From the NCBI GenBank assembly GCA_035285595.1, contig JAYKGV010000016.1:19947-83946 (forward strand): 64,000 nt of DNA, read 5' to 3'. This DNA comes from Candidatus Sericytochromatia bacterium (lineage in GTDB: Bacteria > Cyanobacteriota > Sericytochromatia > S15B-MN24 > VGJW01). The translations under genes and the position numbers were made by a program. The notes under the pieces were generated by a model. That model saw only the letters and a list, made by a program, of their open reading frames with translations, was not told the origin of the DNA and searched no databases. Shown in pieces: positions 53,791 to 63,994 of this stretch. Each line of letters begins with the position of its first letter. Position 1 is the stretch's first letter.

Positions 53791-54696
53791 TCAAGGTGAC
53801 GGAACGCCCCCTTGAGGGGCAGATTCCCCTCGAAGGAGTCGCGCCACGGTCCTTCCGACGGCCTCGAGGGTGGCGGGGGACAGCCGATCGTAGCCGTCGG
53901 CATGGGTGTGCCATGCGGGATCCTCCATGTCGATCAGGTCGACTGCGGGTATCCCTGCGGCGATGAGGGGCGTATGGTCGTCGAACATTTCAGCTCCGGC
54001 CCTGCCCGTGAAATGATGAGATGCCCCCTCACGGACGGCAGCGGTCTCCAGACGTTCCAGAAGCCACGGTGCGGACTTCAGTGACGCGCCCTCCCGCAGG
54101 AACCTCACATCCTTGCGCCCGACCATGTCGAGCACCAAGGCCCAGCGAGGGCGTTCTCGGGCCAGAGAGGGGGCGATGGCGCGACTCCCCTGGGCATAGG
54201 TCTCGGGAGATTGCCCGAGGTCCTCGCCGTCGACCAGGACGGTCGCCACGGACAGGTCACGGGGCAGCAGCGGCAGCAACTCCAGGAGTACGGCGACTCC
54301 GGAGGCTCCGTCATTGGCCCCGGGCCCCGGGCGCTGACGAGCGGCAGGCTCGGGATCGCGATCGCACCAGGGTCGAGTATCCCAGTGGGCCATGAGCACC
54401 ACAACGGCGGGGCCAGGGGGGCCTGTGCGCCCGATCAGGTTCACGCAGGAGACGGGCCGATCCTGCAGGGTACCCGTGAATCTCCTGACTTCCAGGCGCC
54501 CCCCCCTTCGTACGATTTCCTCCTTCAGCCAGGCTGCGGCCTGGCGATGAGCTGCCGTACCCGGGACCCTTGGCCCGAAGGCCACCAGTCGTCGTGCCAG
54601 CATCAGGGCCCGCTCGCCCTGGAATTCGGGCGAAGGGGAAGCGACGCTCCCGAGCCAGACACCCCACAGGACCAAGGCGATCGCGAGCGACCTCAA
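53791..54696 (-). CDS. M28-family zinc peptidase (aminopeptidase/glutaminyl-cyclase-like), secreted
   Basis: Signal peptide. Metal-binding blocks LMAHWDTRP, ANDGASGVAVLLELL, DGEDLG and DDHTPLIAAGIPAVDLID, characteristic of peptidase M28. Confidence 0.75.
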   Translation of the reverse strand: MRSLAIALVLWGVWLGSVASPSPEFQGERALMLARRLVAFGPRVPGTAAHRQAAAWLKEEIVRRGGRLEVRRFTGTLQDRPVSCVNLIGRTGPPGPAVVVLMAHWDTRPWCDRDPEPAARQRPGPGANDGASGVAVLLELLPLLPRDLSVATVLVDGEDLGQSPETYAQGSRAIAPSLARERPRWALVLDMVGRKDVRFLREGASLKSAPWLLERLETAAVREGASHHFTGRAGAEMFDDHTPLIAAGIPAVDLIDMEDPAWHTHADGYDRLSPATLEAVGRTVARLLRGESAPQGGVPSP

Positions 54697-55718
54697 ACCC
54701 CCTCCAACAGGGCCAGGGCCGTCTCGCGGTCTCGCTCGGCGGCAGCCGTTTCCAAGGCCTCCTTGACCGTACCCAAGCTGGCCGCACGCTCAACCAGCGG
54801 CAGGGCGAGGACTCCGGAAACGACGGCCAGCTTACGGGCACGGCGAGCTGCCGCTGACCAGTCCCGAGAACGTAACTCCTCCTGCAGCGGTGCGCTGAGG
54901 CGGGCAGGGTCCGTCGCCAGCATGGCCAATGCCGCCATCAGGTCATCATGGCCGACGAACAGCGCGGCCAAGCCCATCTCCGGAGCGGTCGTCCCGTTGG
55001 CCATGGCCTCGCGGATCTGGCGTAGCTGGGCAATCCAGCGCACGGCCAATCCCGTCGTACCGTGGGCCAATGCACCCGAAAGGACCAGTGCCGTACGGGC
55101 ATGGTCCAGCGCCAAAGCTGGGTCTTCCCGGGTGAAGAGGGCATCTCGCATCGCTTGCCAACAGGTCGCGAGACCGCTCGAAAGCGCCGGAGGGGACACT
55201 TCGGGAATTTTCCCGTGGCGAACATGCGTCAGGATGGCAAGGTCTCCGAGGACCTGTCCCGACAAGGCGTGACAAGCAGCGAATCTGTGGGCACGGGCAA
55301 GGGCCTGTCCTTCGTCGAGATGTCTCTCCAACTGGGACAGGCGACCGCGGAGCTCATCGAGCAGACCTGCCGCATCCCTTTCGATGGCGGCTGCCGAGGC
55401 CAAGGCCTCCTCACGCCGTCCGGCGTCCAGTGCGGTGGCCAGCGCCCGAGCACCCTTGACGGCTCGTGCGGCGCGGTGGACCGATGGATCGGCCAGTATC
55501 AGGCACGCTTCGGCCAATCCCACCGCCAAGGACAGGCTGGCAGCAGGGGCCTCGGACAACGCAAGCGGGGCCAGTTGGAGCTGCCAGGCCTGGATGGCCT
55601 TGAGACGGCCGGCAATGAGCGGTCGAAAGGGATCGGCCTCGGCCGCGATCCGCTCGAGGAGGAGTTGCACCTGCCGGGCCCGCTCAGGGCCCAGAGCCTC
55701 CTGCCACGCCGGGTTCAT
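54693..55718 (-). CDS. Hypothetical alpha-helical (HEAT/TPR-like) protein (341 aa)
   Basis: The ATG at 55718 overlaps the stop of the upstream mannosidase gene (ATGA). The stop overlaps the M28 peptidase start. Ala/Leu-rich helices. Confidence 0.5.
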   Translation of the reverse strand: MNPAWQEALGPERARQVQLLLERIAAEADPFRPLIAGRLKAIQAWQLQLAPLALSEAPAASLSLAVGLAEACLILADPSVHRAARAVKGARALATALDAGRREEALASAAAIERDAAGLLDELRGRLSQLERHLDEGQALARAHRFAACHALSGQVLGDLAILTHVRHGKIPEVSPPALSSGLATCWQAMRDALFTREDPALALDHARTALVLSGALAHGTTGLAVRWIAQLRQIREAMANGTTAPEMGLAALFVGHDDLMAALAMLATDPARLSAPLQEELRSRDWSAAARRARKLAVVSGVLALPLVERAASLGTVKEALETAAAERDRETALALLEGV

Positions 55719-58267
55719 GCGGGAGGGATCCGGACCAAGGTCAGGACGTCTCCTGCGCCGACGCTCCACGGGGCCTGAAGCCCCTCGATCGGGGTCTCGT
55801 CCAGCCGACAAGCCTGCCAAGCGCCCTCTTCGGGTCCGTCCCAGTCGACGGGGCGACCGGTAGGGTTGTGCACGCGGAGGATCGTTCCCGTGCCTGAGTG
55901 GGCCGGCTTGAGGGCCGACAACCTGAGGCCGTGGGGCAGCGGGCTCGTAAGCAAGGGGTCCGGAAGCGGCAGACCGCCGCACAGCGGCTGCCGGACGCCT
56001 CCGACCTGTTCGGTCACGAGCGTCCTGCGGGCTCGATCGAGGGCTCCCAGCGAGGCCCACCAGGCCGGAGTGTCGTCAGGGCGGTGTTGCCACCTGACAG
56101 CCACACGAGCGATCGCGGGTCCTTCGCACTGCGCTTCCGGAGTCGGAAAGGCCGGCCCGGCCCCGCCGCCCCGGGTCCTGAGATCATCCCGCGACAGCCA
56201 GCCCACGGCGCGGAGCAGGGTCAAGGCAACGGATCGACCACCTTCCGTGATCTCCGCCTCCGCCAAGCCACGGGCCACGACCTGCGCCCCAGCCGACGAG
56301 CCTTCAACCGCGACCCAGCCAAGGTGGGGAAAGGTCGGAGGCGTGGCTTCGGCGAGAGGTGCGACGGGCAGGGGGCCCAATCCCGTGCCGGGCTGGCGGG
56401 GCACGGCTCCGAAGGCCGTTTCCGACCACCACGCCTTGGCATCGGACAGGCCGGAGTCCACCACCATCCGCAGACGATGGTCATGGCTCATGTTCTCCCA
56501 GCGGGTTTCGAGCCAGAGCGTATCCTCGCCTGCCACGAGGCGCACGGTCGTGATGAGATCCGTACGGACCGCCGCCACCGTCCGGCCTTGCCGGTCCGGT
56601 GTGACGCCCACGGGAATCTTCAATTGATGGGTGATCACCAACTCCGCGGCAGCCGCAGACAGCGTCCGCACGTCATAGTCGACCATGGTTCCCTGAATCA
56701 GACGGTCGTGCGTCGGGGGTGAGTAAGTGTAGCTGTCACCGGCATCTCCGCCGTCCACGAACCGGAACAGGTCGGGAACCGTCAGGCCGAGGCCGCGATG
56801 TCGGACCTGAAGACGTCCCTCGGTAATCTCGAGGCGCAGCTGTCCGTTGTCGGCTCCTTCCGGCCATACCTCGAGCGCAGGAGTGGGCAAGGGTAACGGA
56901 CACCCTCCCGCCATGGCACGGAGATACAGGGGCTGGCCGATGGCCATCTCTGGCAGATAGGCCATGACCTCGAAGCGGGCAACCGGCAGGGTGTCGGGAT
57001 GGACGTCGATATCGCAGATGAAGTGACGATCGGACTTCCGCGAGACCGGCAGGGTGGACACACCCTCGAGATGGACCGTTTCCGGAGCCTCCCCGTCCTT
57101 GTCCGGCCACAGCACCTCGATCGGATGCCAGCCCGCAGCGGGCGCTCCCGCTGGGTCGAAGACCATGACTCCCGGTGCCACCTCGCGGGGGGCGAAGGTT
57201 CGCAGCACCCGTGCAGTGATCTCTTTGCCGAGGTTCTCGGCCTGGCTTGTGCGGGCCGCCATCTCCCGATGCACCGCGTCGATCGAGCAGCCGCAGATGC
57301 TGTCGTGGGGATGATTCTTCAGGACGAGCTCCCAGCCTTCGGCCCAGAATCCCGGAGCGACGGGTCTTCCGCCTCGTGCCGCCAACACCATCAAGGGCTC
57401 GACCGTGCGCTCCCATTGGTCTTCCAATGCCGCATTGGCCTGTTTCAGATAGGTTCTCGTGCTGGCCACGTCGGGCAGTAGATAGGCTCGCCCCTGATGC
57501 CGCAGCTCACCGTGCACGACAGGCAATGTTCCCTTGTCCGGCGGGGGCAAGGCCTCCTCGATCCGACCCAGACGTGCTCCTACCGCGGCGACCCGCTCCG
57601 GCAAGGCTGCGGAGGGAGCCAGATGATCACAACCGGAAAGCAGCAAGAGGGGCCGGTCCTTGCGGGACTGGGCGGCAAGGAATTTGTCGTGGGCTTCTTG
57701 CCTCTCGACCGCCGACGCATCCGACCACAGGTGAATGTTGCAATATCCTGTCGGCAGGAAGAGCGAGGCGAGGCCTCCACCCGAAAGATCCTCCCACCAG
57801 AAGTGATCATCGGGGGGATCCACGCCGCGCCACATCAGTGCCCGGTCCATGCCGAAGCCCCTGAGAATCAAGGGCAGCTGGGCGGGATGACCGAACTGAT
57901 CGGGAAGGTAACCCACCCCCGGCCCTTGCGCCCCGAAACGTTGCATGCGTGCGCGGCCGAACATCAAGTTGCGAATGAGGGATTCCCCGGAGACCAGGAA
58001 CTCGTCGGGCAGAATGTACCAAGGGCCGATGGCCAGGCGTCCCTCCCCCACCTGGTGGCGCAGGCGCGGCTCGTCCTCGGGATGGATTTCGAGATGGTCA
58101 TCAAGCAGCACCGTCTGGCCGTCCAGCAGGAAGTGCGGCAACTTGCCTTCCTCGAGCAGGTCGAGCACCCGTCGCACGGCATCGGCCAACCTGAGCCTGT
58201 AGCCCTGGAAGGTCCGGTACCATTCGCGGTCCCAGTGCGTGTGCGGAACGACGACGACATCTGTCAT
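55715..58267 (-). CDS. Glycoside hydrolase family 38 (alpha-mannosidase-like)
   Basis: MTDVVVVPHTHWDREWY is the GH38 N-terminal signature. DQFGHPAQLP and HPHDSICGCS motifs. Start set at MTDVVVV. Confidence 0.85.
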   Translation of the reverse strand: MTDVVVVPHTHWDREWYRTFQGYRLRLADAVRRVLDLLEEGKLPHFLLDGQTVLLDDHLEIHPEDEPRLRHQVGEGRLAIGPWYILPDEFLVSGESLIRNLMFGRARMQRFGAQGPGVGYLPDQFGHPAQLPLILRGFGMDRALMWRGVDPPDDHFWWEDLSGGGLASLFLPTGYCNIHLWSDASAVERQEAHDKFLAAQSRKDRPLLLLSGCDHLAPSAALPERVAAVGARLGRIEEALPPPDKGTLPVVHGELRHQGRAYLLPDVASTRTYLKQANAALEDQWERTVEPLMVLAARGGRPVAPGFWAEGWELVLKNHPHDSICGCSIDAVHREMAARTSQAENLGKEITARVLRTFAPREVAPGVMVFDPAGAPAAGWHPIEVLWPDKDGEAPETVHLEGVSTLPVSRKSDRHFICDIDVHPDTLPVARFEVMAYLPEMAIGQPLYLRAMAGGCPLPLPTPALEVWPEGADNGQLRLEITEGRLQVRHRGLGLTVPDLFRFVDGGDAGDSYTYSPPTHDRLIQGTMVDYDVRTLSAAAAELVITHQLKIPVGVTPDRQGRTVAAVRTDLITTVRLVAGEDTLWLETRWENMSHDHRLRMVVDSGLSDAKAWWSETAFGAVPRQPGTGLGPLPVAPLAEATPPTFPHLGWVAVEGSSAGAQVVARGLAEAEITEGGRSVALTLLRAVGWLSRDDLRTRGGGAGPAFPTPEAQCEGPAIARVAVRWQHRPDDTPAWWASLGALDRARRTLVTEQVGGVRQPLCGGLPLPDPLLTSPLPHGLRLSALKPAHSGTGTILRVHNPTGRPVDWDGPEEGAWQACRLDETPIEGLQAPWSVGAGDVLTLVRIPPA

Positions 58268-58316
58268 GCCGGCATCATAACCCGTCCGTGGCCAAGGCGG
58301 TCCGAACGTCTGGAAT

Positions 58317-60296
58317 TCAGACCGGGACATCCTCCATGTCCCAGACCTTCGCGGTCACGAACAGGTCGAGCAGGGCACGATCGATATGCCCCGCCTTCGC
58401 TTCGTCTTGCAGAATATTTATGGCCTTGGCGACCGGCAGCGCACGCTTGTAGGGGCGGTCCGCGGCCGTGAGCGCATCGTGGATGTCCGCGATGGCCATC
58501 ATCCTCGATTGGACAGGAATGGCCTCGCCAGTCATGCCGAGAGGATAGCCCGTACCATCCAGACGTTCGTGATGGGCACCGGCAATCTCGGGGATGCCGG
58601 ACAACTCCCGCGTCCAGGGGATCTGGGCGAGAAAGCGTTGCGTGTGCACGACATGGCGCTCGATCTCGAGACGTTCCGCAGGATCGAGACTGCCTCTGCG
58701 AAGCGAGAGCAACTTGACCTCGGCAGGTTCGAGGAGCGGCCGAGTCTCTCCCTCGAGGTCCTGCCAGCGGTATGCGGCGATTTGTTGGATCATCGCGAAG
58801 TCGCCGTCATCGAGCACGCTGGGTTCGTTGGCCGAGGTGATGGCGGCAAGCCAACGCTCCAACTCGGCCTCGGCCTCCGCGAGCGTTCGATCCATGTCGG
58901 CACAGCATGTCTCGTAGTGTTCCGGGCCTTGACGCAGCACCAGGTCGAGGCGACGTCGGGCGTCTTCGAGACGGCGTATGCCGCGCAGCATCGCGATGCG
59001 GTCCCGGATGCGCTCAAGGTGCCACGGGTATAGTTTCTTGGCTTTGACCAGCACGTCCTCACGCACGCCGACCTTGCCAAAGTCGTGGAGGAGCGAGGCG
59101 TAGCGGAGTTCACGCAGTTGTGAACGAGAAAATTGGGTGGTCGCCAGAGCTCCGGATGGACAGCGGTCGACCACGCGTGCCAGATTCACGGTCAGGCTCG
59201 CGACTCGGGCACTGTGGCCCGATGTGGTCGGATCACGACTCTCGATGGCGGTCACCGAGGCTTGTACGAAACCCTCGAACAGGTCCTCGATATTTCTGAC
59301 CAAGCGAGCATTTTCGAGTGCGACACCCGCCTGCGAGGCCAAGGCCGATGCGAAGGTGACGCAGCCTTCACTGAAGCTCGTCACGAGTCGCGCCACGTGT
59401 TCGGGACTGGTGAGCACCGCGGCCGGGTCGCGCTTGCGGTTGATCAACTGCACCACTCCCACCACGTCACCCAGACGATCCCGCATGGGGACCACCAGCA
59501 TCGACTGAGTCGTGTAGCCCGTCTTGTGGTCCCAGGCCCCGTCAAAGGCGAAGTCGGCGTCCGCGGGCAGGTGCGCGACATCCTCGATGAGCAGGGGCTC
59601 TCCCGTCAGGGCCACCGTGCCCGCGATGGATTTGCGGTCGAGCGCCACGGTGAATTCCTCGTAGGGAACGTGCAACGAGTCGTTCTGGGACAGTTTGAAG
59701 CGCAGGATCCTGCGCCCTTGCTCATCCTCCTCCGCGAGGTAGAGCGAGCCGGCATCGGCCTGGGTCACCTCGCGGCATTTTCGCAGGATGAGCGTCAGCA
59801 AGGCCTCGGGATCCCGCTCGGTGCTCAGCGCGAGGCCAATGCGGTGCACTTCTCGCAGGCGCTCGACCTGACGATCCCGGTCTTCACGGGCGGATTGTCG
59901 TTCCTGTCGAAGATGATGTTGGGCCAGGGCCGTGCGCAGGAGCATCCGCCAGTGGGCGGCTGGTGACCCATCGGGCAGCCAGCCCCACAGCAGCTCCTCC
60001 GGAAAGCCGTCCGCCGGGGGGATCAAGCCGGCTCCGCGGCCCAGCAGCAGGCCTCCTTCTTCTACGTGACGCTCGAGTTCCGGGCGCAGATCCCCAAGGC
60101 CAAGCAGATCTTCCGGCACGACCACGATGCCTGCGGTGGCCAGCGCGCCTACCAGGCCCCTCCGGCCTGCATACCGCCTCACGGGAATCCCGGGGCCGAG
60201 GTCCTCGGAACCCCAATTCGAGGCATCGTCCAGCCATACCACCCGGCCCAGGGGATGGGTTCCCCGGACGAGTGGCTGGGTCGAGGAGCTCGACAT
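58317..60296 (-). CDS. HD-GYP domain phosphodiesterase with GAF domain (probable c-di-GMP phosphodiesterase/signalling protein)
   Basis: GAF: TQADAGSLYLAEEDEQGRRILRFK...MLVVPMRDRLGDVVGVVQLINR. HD-GYP: TSGHSARVASLT...LRYASLLHDFGKVGV...IAGAHHERLDGTGYPLGM. Start uncertain (ATG at 60296 chosen; no clear RBS). Confidence 0.8.
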   Translation of the reverse strand: MSSSSTQPLVRGTHPLGRVVWLDDASNWGSEDLGPGIPVRRYAGRRGLVGALATAGIVVVPEDLLGLGDLRPELERHVEEGGLLLGRGAGLIPPADGFPEELLWGWLPDGSPAAHWRMLLRTALAQHHLRQERQSAREDRDRQVERLREVHRIGLALSTERDPEALLTLILRKCREVTQADAGSLYLAEEDEQGRRILRFKLSQNDSLHVPYEEFTVALDRKSIAGTVALTGEPLLIEDVAHLPADADFAFDGAWDHKTGYTTQSMLVVPMRDRLGDVVGVVQLINRKRDPAAVLTSPEHVARLVTSFSEGCVTFASALASQAGVALENARLVRNIEDLFEGFVQASVTAIESRDPTTSGHSARVASLTVNLARVVDRCPSGALATTQFSRSQLRELRYASLLHDFGKVGVREDVLVKAKKLYPWHLERIRDRIAMLRGIRRLEDARRRLDLVLRQGPEHYETCCADMDRTLAEAEAELERWLAAITSANEPSVLDDGDFAMIQQIAAYRWQDLEGETRPLLEPAEVKLLSLRRGSLDPAERLEIERHVVHTQRFLAQIPWTRELSGIPEIAGAHHERLDGTGYPLGMTGEAIPVQSRMMAIADIHDALTAADRPYKRALPVAKAINILQDEAKAGHIDRALLDLFVTAKVWDMEDVPV

Positions 60297-60329
60297 GGGA
60301 AGATGATAGACGAAAGCCCCACTGCTTGC

Positions 60330-61919
60330 ATGACTGATACGCTGCCCGCCACGTGCCTGGGCCACTCCATCCGCAAGGTGCTGCTGTCCTCGGCGGGAGG
60401 AGAGGTCAGGGCTTGGTCGTGGGAGGAGGGCCGTACCCTCCTCATCAGAGCAGGATACGGCTGGGTGGAGAGCGGTCTGCTTCCCGGAGAAGTCGTGCTC
60501 TTCTCGGGGCCGGTTCATCCCGGGGCCTGGTTCGCTGCCTGGGGCGTCTGGTTGGCCGGAGGGCGGGTGGCTTGGGTCGAGGATCCCGCCGATGTGCCTG
60601 CCGCCAAAGAGCATCTCGAGGCCAAGGCCTGCGTGGGCACGGCGGGGGAGGACCCGTGGGGCCGCATTCCGTCCGAAGAACTAGAGGAATGGGTATCGGA
60701 GGAACTCCAGCGTCGCGTGGGAGGGACTTCGCCAGAGGAAACCGCCCTGATTCTCGTGCCTCGCGGCCACGGGGGGCTCAGGGCCGACACGTTCTCCCAT
60801 CGTGGCTTGCTCGCTGCAGCACGATCCGTGGTCAGGCATGCCGGGCTTTCTTCCCGTGATCGCCTGCTCGTGGGCGTTCCCCCCGACCATCCTGCCGCCT
60901 GGGGAGTCATGTTGGCCTTTCTGGTTTCCGAAGCGTCCTTGATCCTGCCGTCCGCCGACCCCTCCTCGCCTTTCGCGGCGGAGAGGTTGGCCACGGTGTG
61001 GCTGACGCCCTCTACCCTTCCGGATCGCCGCGTGGCCATGCTCGAGGCCCGGATGACCGGCTTGGGAGGCAGTGTGGCCTTGCTGTCACGACTGGCTCAG
61101 GCCCAGGGGCAGGCGGCATTCCGAAGACGAGCTGGTTCCTTGCCCACCTCGCTCGTGCAGGCATTGGCCTTGCGTGCGGCACGGCAATGGTTGCTGGATG
61201 ATCTGGTCGAACACCTCGGCCCCTCCTTGAGGCTGGTACTGGCGACCGGGGATCGTCCGCTCGATCGGACGACCCGCATCTTTCAAGCGGCCGGCGTGCC
61301 GCTGGTGCGTGCCCTCGCCTCTCGCAGGACGGCAGGGTTGTTGTCGTGCGAAAGCCCGTGGGATGCGGATGGCGGCGACTTGGGTGAGTTGGGCGAAGAG
61401 TGGCGACACGAAGTGACGGATGCGGGGGACTTGCTGATACGTGGGGCGGGGTGTCTCACGGGTCGAGTCAAGGACCCTCGGGGCTACGAGGCCTTGTGTT
61501 TCGCGGGTTGGACGCGGGCCGGCATGCGGGTGGAGCTGGAGGGGCGCCGGGTGCGGGCGGTACGCCCCGAGGAATCACCGGAAGAGGCCCCGTGGCCTGT
61601 CACGGACTGGGCCGCAAAGCTCTGCGAAATGGGTGGAGTCACTGGTGTGACAAGGCTTGAGGGCGTGGGCTTGTTCATCGAGGCTCCGGCACGGACGCCC
61701 GGGTTGAACTGGTGGGGTGGTGGTGCCGAGCCCTTGACGCGGGGCGTACCTCATCCTGCAGTGACCCGTCGCTTGCTGGATCTGCTGGGAACCCCCGACG
61801 CAGAGCGCGAGGTCTTGGCGTGGCATGTGCTGGACAGGCTGCCTCGGACTTCGCTCGGGGCTCTCGACACTCGCACGTTGCGCCGTGAATTTCCTTTGCT
61901 CTCGAAAGGTAAGCCATGA
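60330..61919 (+). CDS. AMP-dependent synthetase/ligase-family (adenylate-forming) protein, divergent member
   Basis: Acyl-CoA-synthetase-like pattern: GEVVLFSGPVHPGAWFAAWGVWLAGGRVAWVED... with a degenerate core (GGTSPEETALILVPRGHGGLRADTFSHRGLLAAARSV). Start uncertain (ATG at 60330 or 60303). Confidence 0.6.
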   Translation: MTDTLPATCLGHSIRKVLLSSAGGEVRAWSWEEGRTLLIRAGYGWVESGLLPGEVVLFSGPVHPGAWFAAWGVWLAGGRVAWVEDPADVPAAKEHLEAKACVGTAGEDPWGRIPSEELEEWVSEELQRRVGGTSPEETALILVPRGHGGLRADTFSHRGLLAAARSVVRHAGLSSRDRLLVGVPPDHPAAWGVMLAFLVSEASLILPSADPSSPFAAERLATVWLTPSTLPDRRVAMLEARMTGLGGSVALLSRLAQAQGQAAFRRRAGSLPTSLVQALALRAARQWLLDDLVEHLGPSLRLVLATGDRPLDRTTRIFQAAGVPLVRALASRRTAGLLSCESPWDADGGDLGELGEEWRHEVTDAGDLLIRGAGCLTGRVKDPRGYEALCFAGWTRAGMRVELEGRRVRAVRPEESPEEAPWPVTDWAAKLCEMGGVTGVTRLEGVGLFIEAPARTPGLNWWGGGAEPLTRGVPHPAVTRRLLDLLGTPDAEREVLAWHVLDRLPRTSLGALDTRTLRREFPLLSKGKP

Positions 61920-62878
61920 CTGTCGAACTTCCCCCCACGACTCGGCTGACCCGGTTGCTGGGCATAAGGGTTCCGATCATTCAGGCCGGGATGATCTGGG
62001 TGTCCGGTGCCAAGCTGGCTGCGGCCGTTTCCGAGGCAGGTGGGCTGGGTGTGCTGGGAGCGGGCAGCATGCGGCCCGAGGTCTTCCGGGAGCAGGTCAC
62101 GAAGCTCAAGACCCTGACACTGAAGCCATGGGCGGTGAACCTGCCGGTGTTCTACAAGCACATAGACGACATCGTGCCCATCGCGTTGGCAGAAGGTTGT
62201 CGCATCTTCATCACCTCTGCCGGCAATCCGGCGCGCTGGACGCCTCGCCTGAAGGACGCGGGCGCCCTCGTGATCCACGTGGTCGCCACCGCCCGGCAGG
62301 CCGAGAAATGCGAGGCGCTCGGCTGTGACGCGGTGGTGGCCGAGGGCTTCGAGGCCGGCGGTCACAATGGTCCCGATGAACTCACCACAATGGTCCTGGT
62401 TCCTCAGGTGGTACGGTCGGTCTCTCTGCCCGTCGTGGCGGCGGGGGGCATCGTCGATGGTGCCACGATGCTGGCTGCTCTCGCCCTTGGCGCGGCGGGG
62501 GTGCAGGTGGGCACCCGCTTCGCGTGCACCCGGGAGTCGTCCGCGCACGAGCATTACAAGCAGGCCATCGTGGCGGCGGGGGAAACCGACACGGTCTTGG
62601 CGCTCAAGTCCTTGATGCCGGTGCGGCTGCTCAAGAATGCCTTCTGGGAGCAGGTCCGCCAGGCCGAGGCCCGCGGGGCCTCTGCCGAGGAGTTACAGGC
62701 GTTGCTCGGGTCGGGACGGCCGCGTCGTGCCATCCATCTTGGCGAGTTGGCGGAAGGGGAGATCGAAGTGGGCCAAGCCGTGGGAGCCATTCGGGACATT
62801 CCGGCGGCAGGTGCAGTCCTCGAACGGATGATGGACGAAGCACGGCTGATTCTCGGCGGACTATGCCCACGGGGGTAA
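61916..62878 (+). CDS. NAD(P)H-dependent flavin oxidoreductase, nitronate monooxygenase/FabK-like (NMO family)
   Basis: LLGIRVPIIQAGMIWVSGAKLAAAVSEAGGLGVLGAG...ITSAGNP...VVAEGFEAGGH...VVAAGGIVDG...VQVGTRF are canonical NMO/2-nitropropane dioxygenase motifs. ATGA overlap with the upstream gene. Confidence 0.8.
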   Translation: MTVELPPTTRLTRLLGIRVPIIQAGMIWVSGAKLAAAVSEAGGLGVLGAGSMRPEVFREQVTKLKTLTLKPWAVNLPVFYKHIDDIVPIALAEGCRIFITSAGNPARWTPRLKDAGALVIHVVATARQAEKCEALGCDAVVAEGFEAGGHNGPDELTTMVLVPQVVRSVSLPVVAAGGIVDGATMLAALALGAAGVQVGTRFACTRESSAHEHYKQAIVAAGETDTVLALKSLMPVRLLKNAFWEQVRQAEARGASAEELQALLGSGRPRRAIHLGELAEGEIEVGQAVGAIRDIPAAGAVLERMMDEARLILGGLCPRG

Positions 62879-62880
62879 GG

Positions 62881-62936
62881 TGCGCATCGTTTATGATGCG
62901 CAACGGCCAGGTGGCCCCGGATCGAGACCACCTGGC
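62881..62936. terminator. Two consecutive GC hairpins after the NMO-like gene (possible U-tract-less terminator)
   Basis: tgcgcatc-gtttat-gatgcgca (8-bp stem) and ccaggtgg-N14-ccacctgg. No U-tract follows, so this is speculative. Confidence 0.25.
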
Positions 62937-63031
62937 ACGTGTGGGGCTGCGACGGTGACGATGGCAGCGGCCTGTCAGAAGAGCCCGGCGAAGTTCCGGA
63001 TCATCGAATCCGAACCCGCCGGGCCCTGTGA

Positions 63032-63994
63032 CTACTGTTGGATTACGGGACGCTGTACGCCAAGGACGGACAGCTTTTCGCTGATCAGCTCGACCACTTG
63101 CTGAGCTTTATCCTGTTCCGGACCACTCTTGATGGCGGCCACTGCTCTCTTGGCCGCTTTCAGTTCTTCGGGCGCCTTATCGGCAGAGTACAGAGCCGTG
63201 CCCAGCCTTGCGACCACCTCTGCGTCATTGACGCTGGCTGCAAGTTCGACGAGATTACGCCAAACGTCCGCCTCTGCGCTGGGGTCCTGGACCTCGCTGG
63301 CCCAGTAGAGCAAGCCTTTGGACGTCAGCTTGGGCGGGGTGAGATTTTCCGGCCGCCAAGTTCCGAGAGGAGCAGACGCAGATAGATTGACGGCCTCGAT
63401 GACTGCCAACTTCGGTGCCTTGATCGATACGGGCTTCGGAGCCGCCTTGACCTTGCGCGCGCCCATCTGGGCGGCCACGGTGGCTCCGCTGGCCTCCTGG
63501 ACCCGGGTCACCCCCTTGGCCGAATCCCCTTGGAAGGCCCGACCTGCACCGCCCGCCGCCGCGGCGACAGACAGGCCATCACGCACGTTGGCTTGGAAGC
63601 TGGCCAAGGGCCGTCGCCCCACCTCCTTCACGTCCAAGTGGAAGGACACGAAGGTGGGACCTACCTTTTCGGTCTTGAGAATCCCCTGAGCCACGAACAC
63701 CTTCGGGGCGGCCTTGGCTGCCCACGGTGTCGCGTCGCTCTCGGTCGTGCCGTACGTCGAGGAAGTCGTGTAGCTCATGGCCTTGCCCGACTTGGGATCC
63801 TGCCAGTCCGAACGCAGCGTGCGACGGTACGTGACATCCTTGAGGAACTCGTCGCGCTGCTCCCACTTCTGGACCGTGTAGTCCTTGTAGGGGGTCTCGG
63901 TCCAGTCATAGCGGGTCTTGTCGACGCGTGTCGTCGCCATGGTCATCTGGATCCGCCCCTGGATCTTGGTGCTGTACACCGGGGCGTGATCCAC
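63032..63994 (-). CDS. Hypothetical protein (at least 320 aa); reading frame remains open to the window edge, so the true start may lie beyond 64000
   Basis: Long minus-strand ORF whose listed start codon is GTG at 63994. The next two upstream codons are sense codons. Lys/Ala-rich middle region; no motif recognised. Confidence 0.4.
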   Translation of the reverse strand: MDHAPVYSTKIQGRIQMTMATTRVDKTRYDWTETPYKDYTVQKWEQRDEFLKDVTYRRTLRSDWQDPKSGKAMSYTTSSTYGTTESDATPWAAKAAPKVFVAQGILKTEKVGPTFVSFHLDVKEVGRRPLASFQANVRDGLSVAAAAGGAGRAFQGDSAKGVTRVQEASGATVAAQMGARKVKAAPKPVSIKAPKLAVIEAVNLSASAPLGTWRPENLTPPKLTSKGLLYWASEVQDPSAEADVWRNLVELAASVNDAEVVARLGTALYSADKAPEELKAAKRAVAAIKSGPEQDKAQQVVELISEKLSVLGVQRPVIQQ

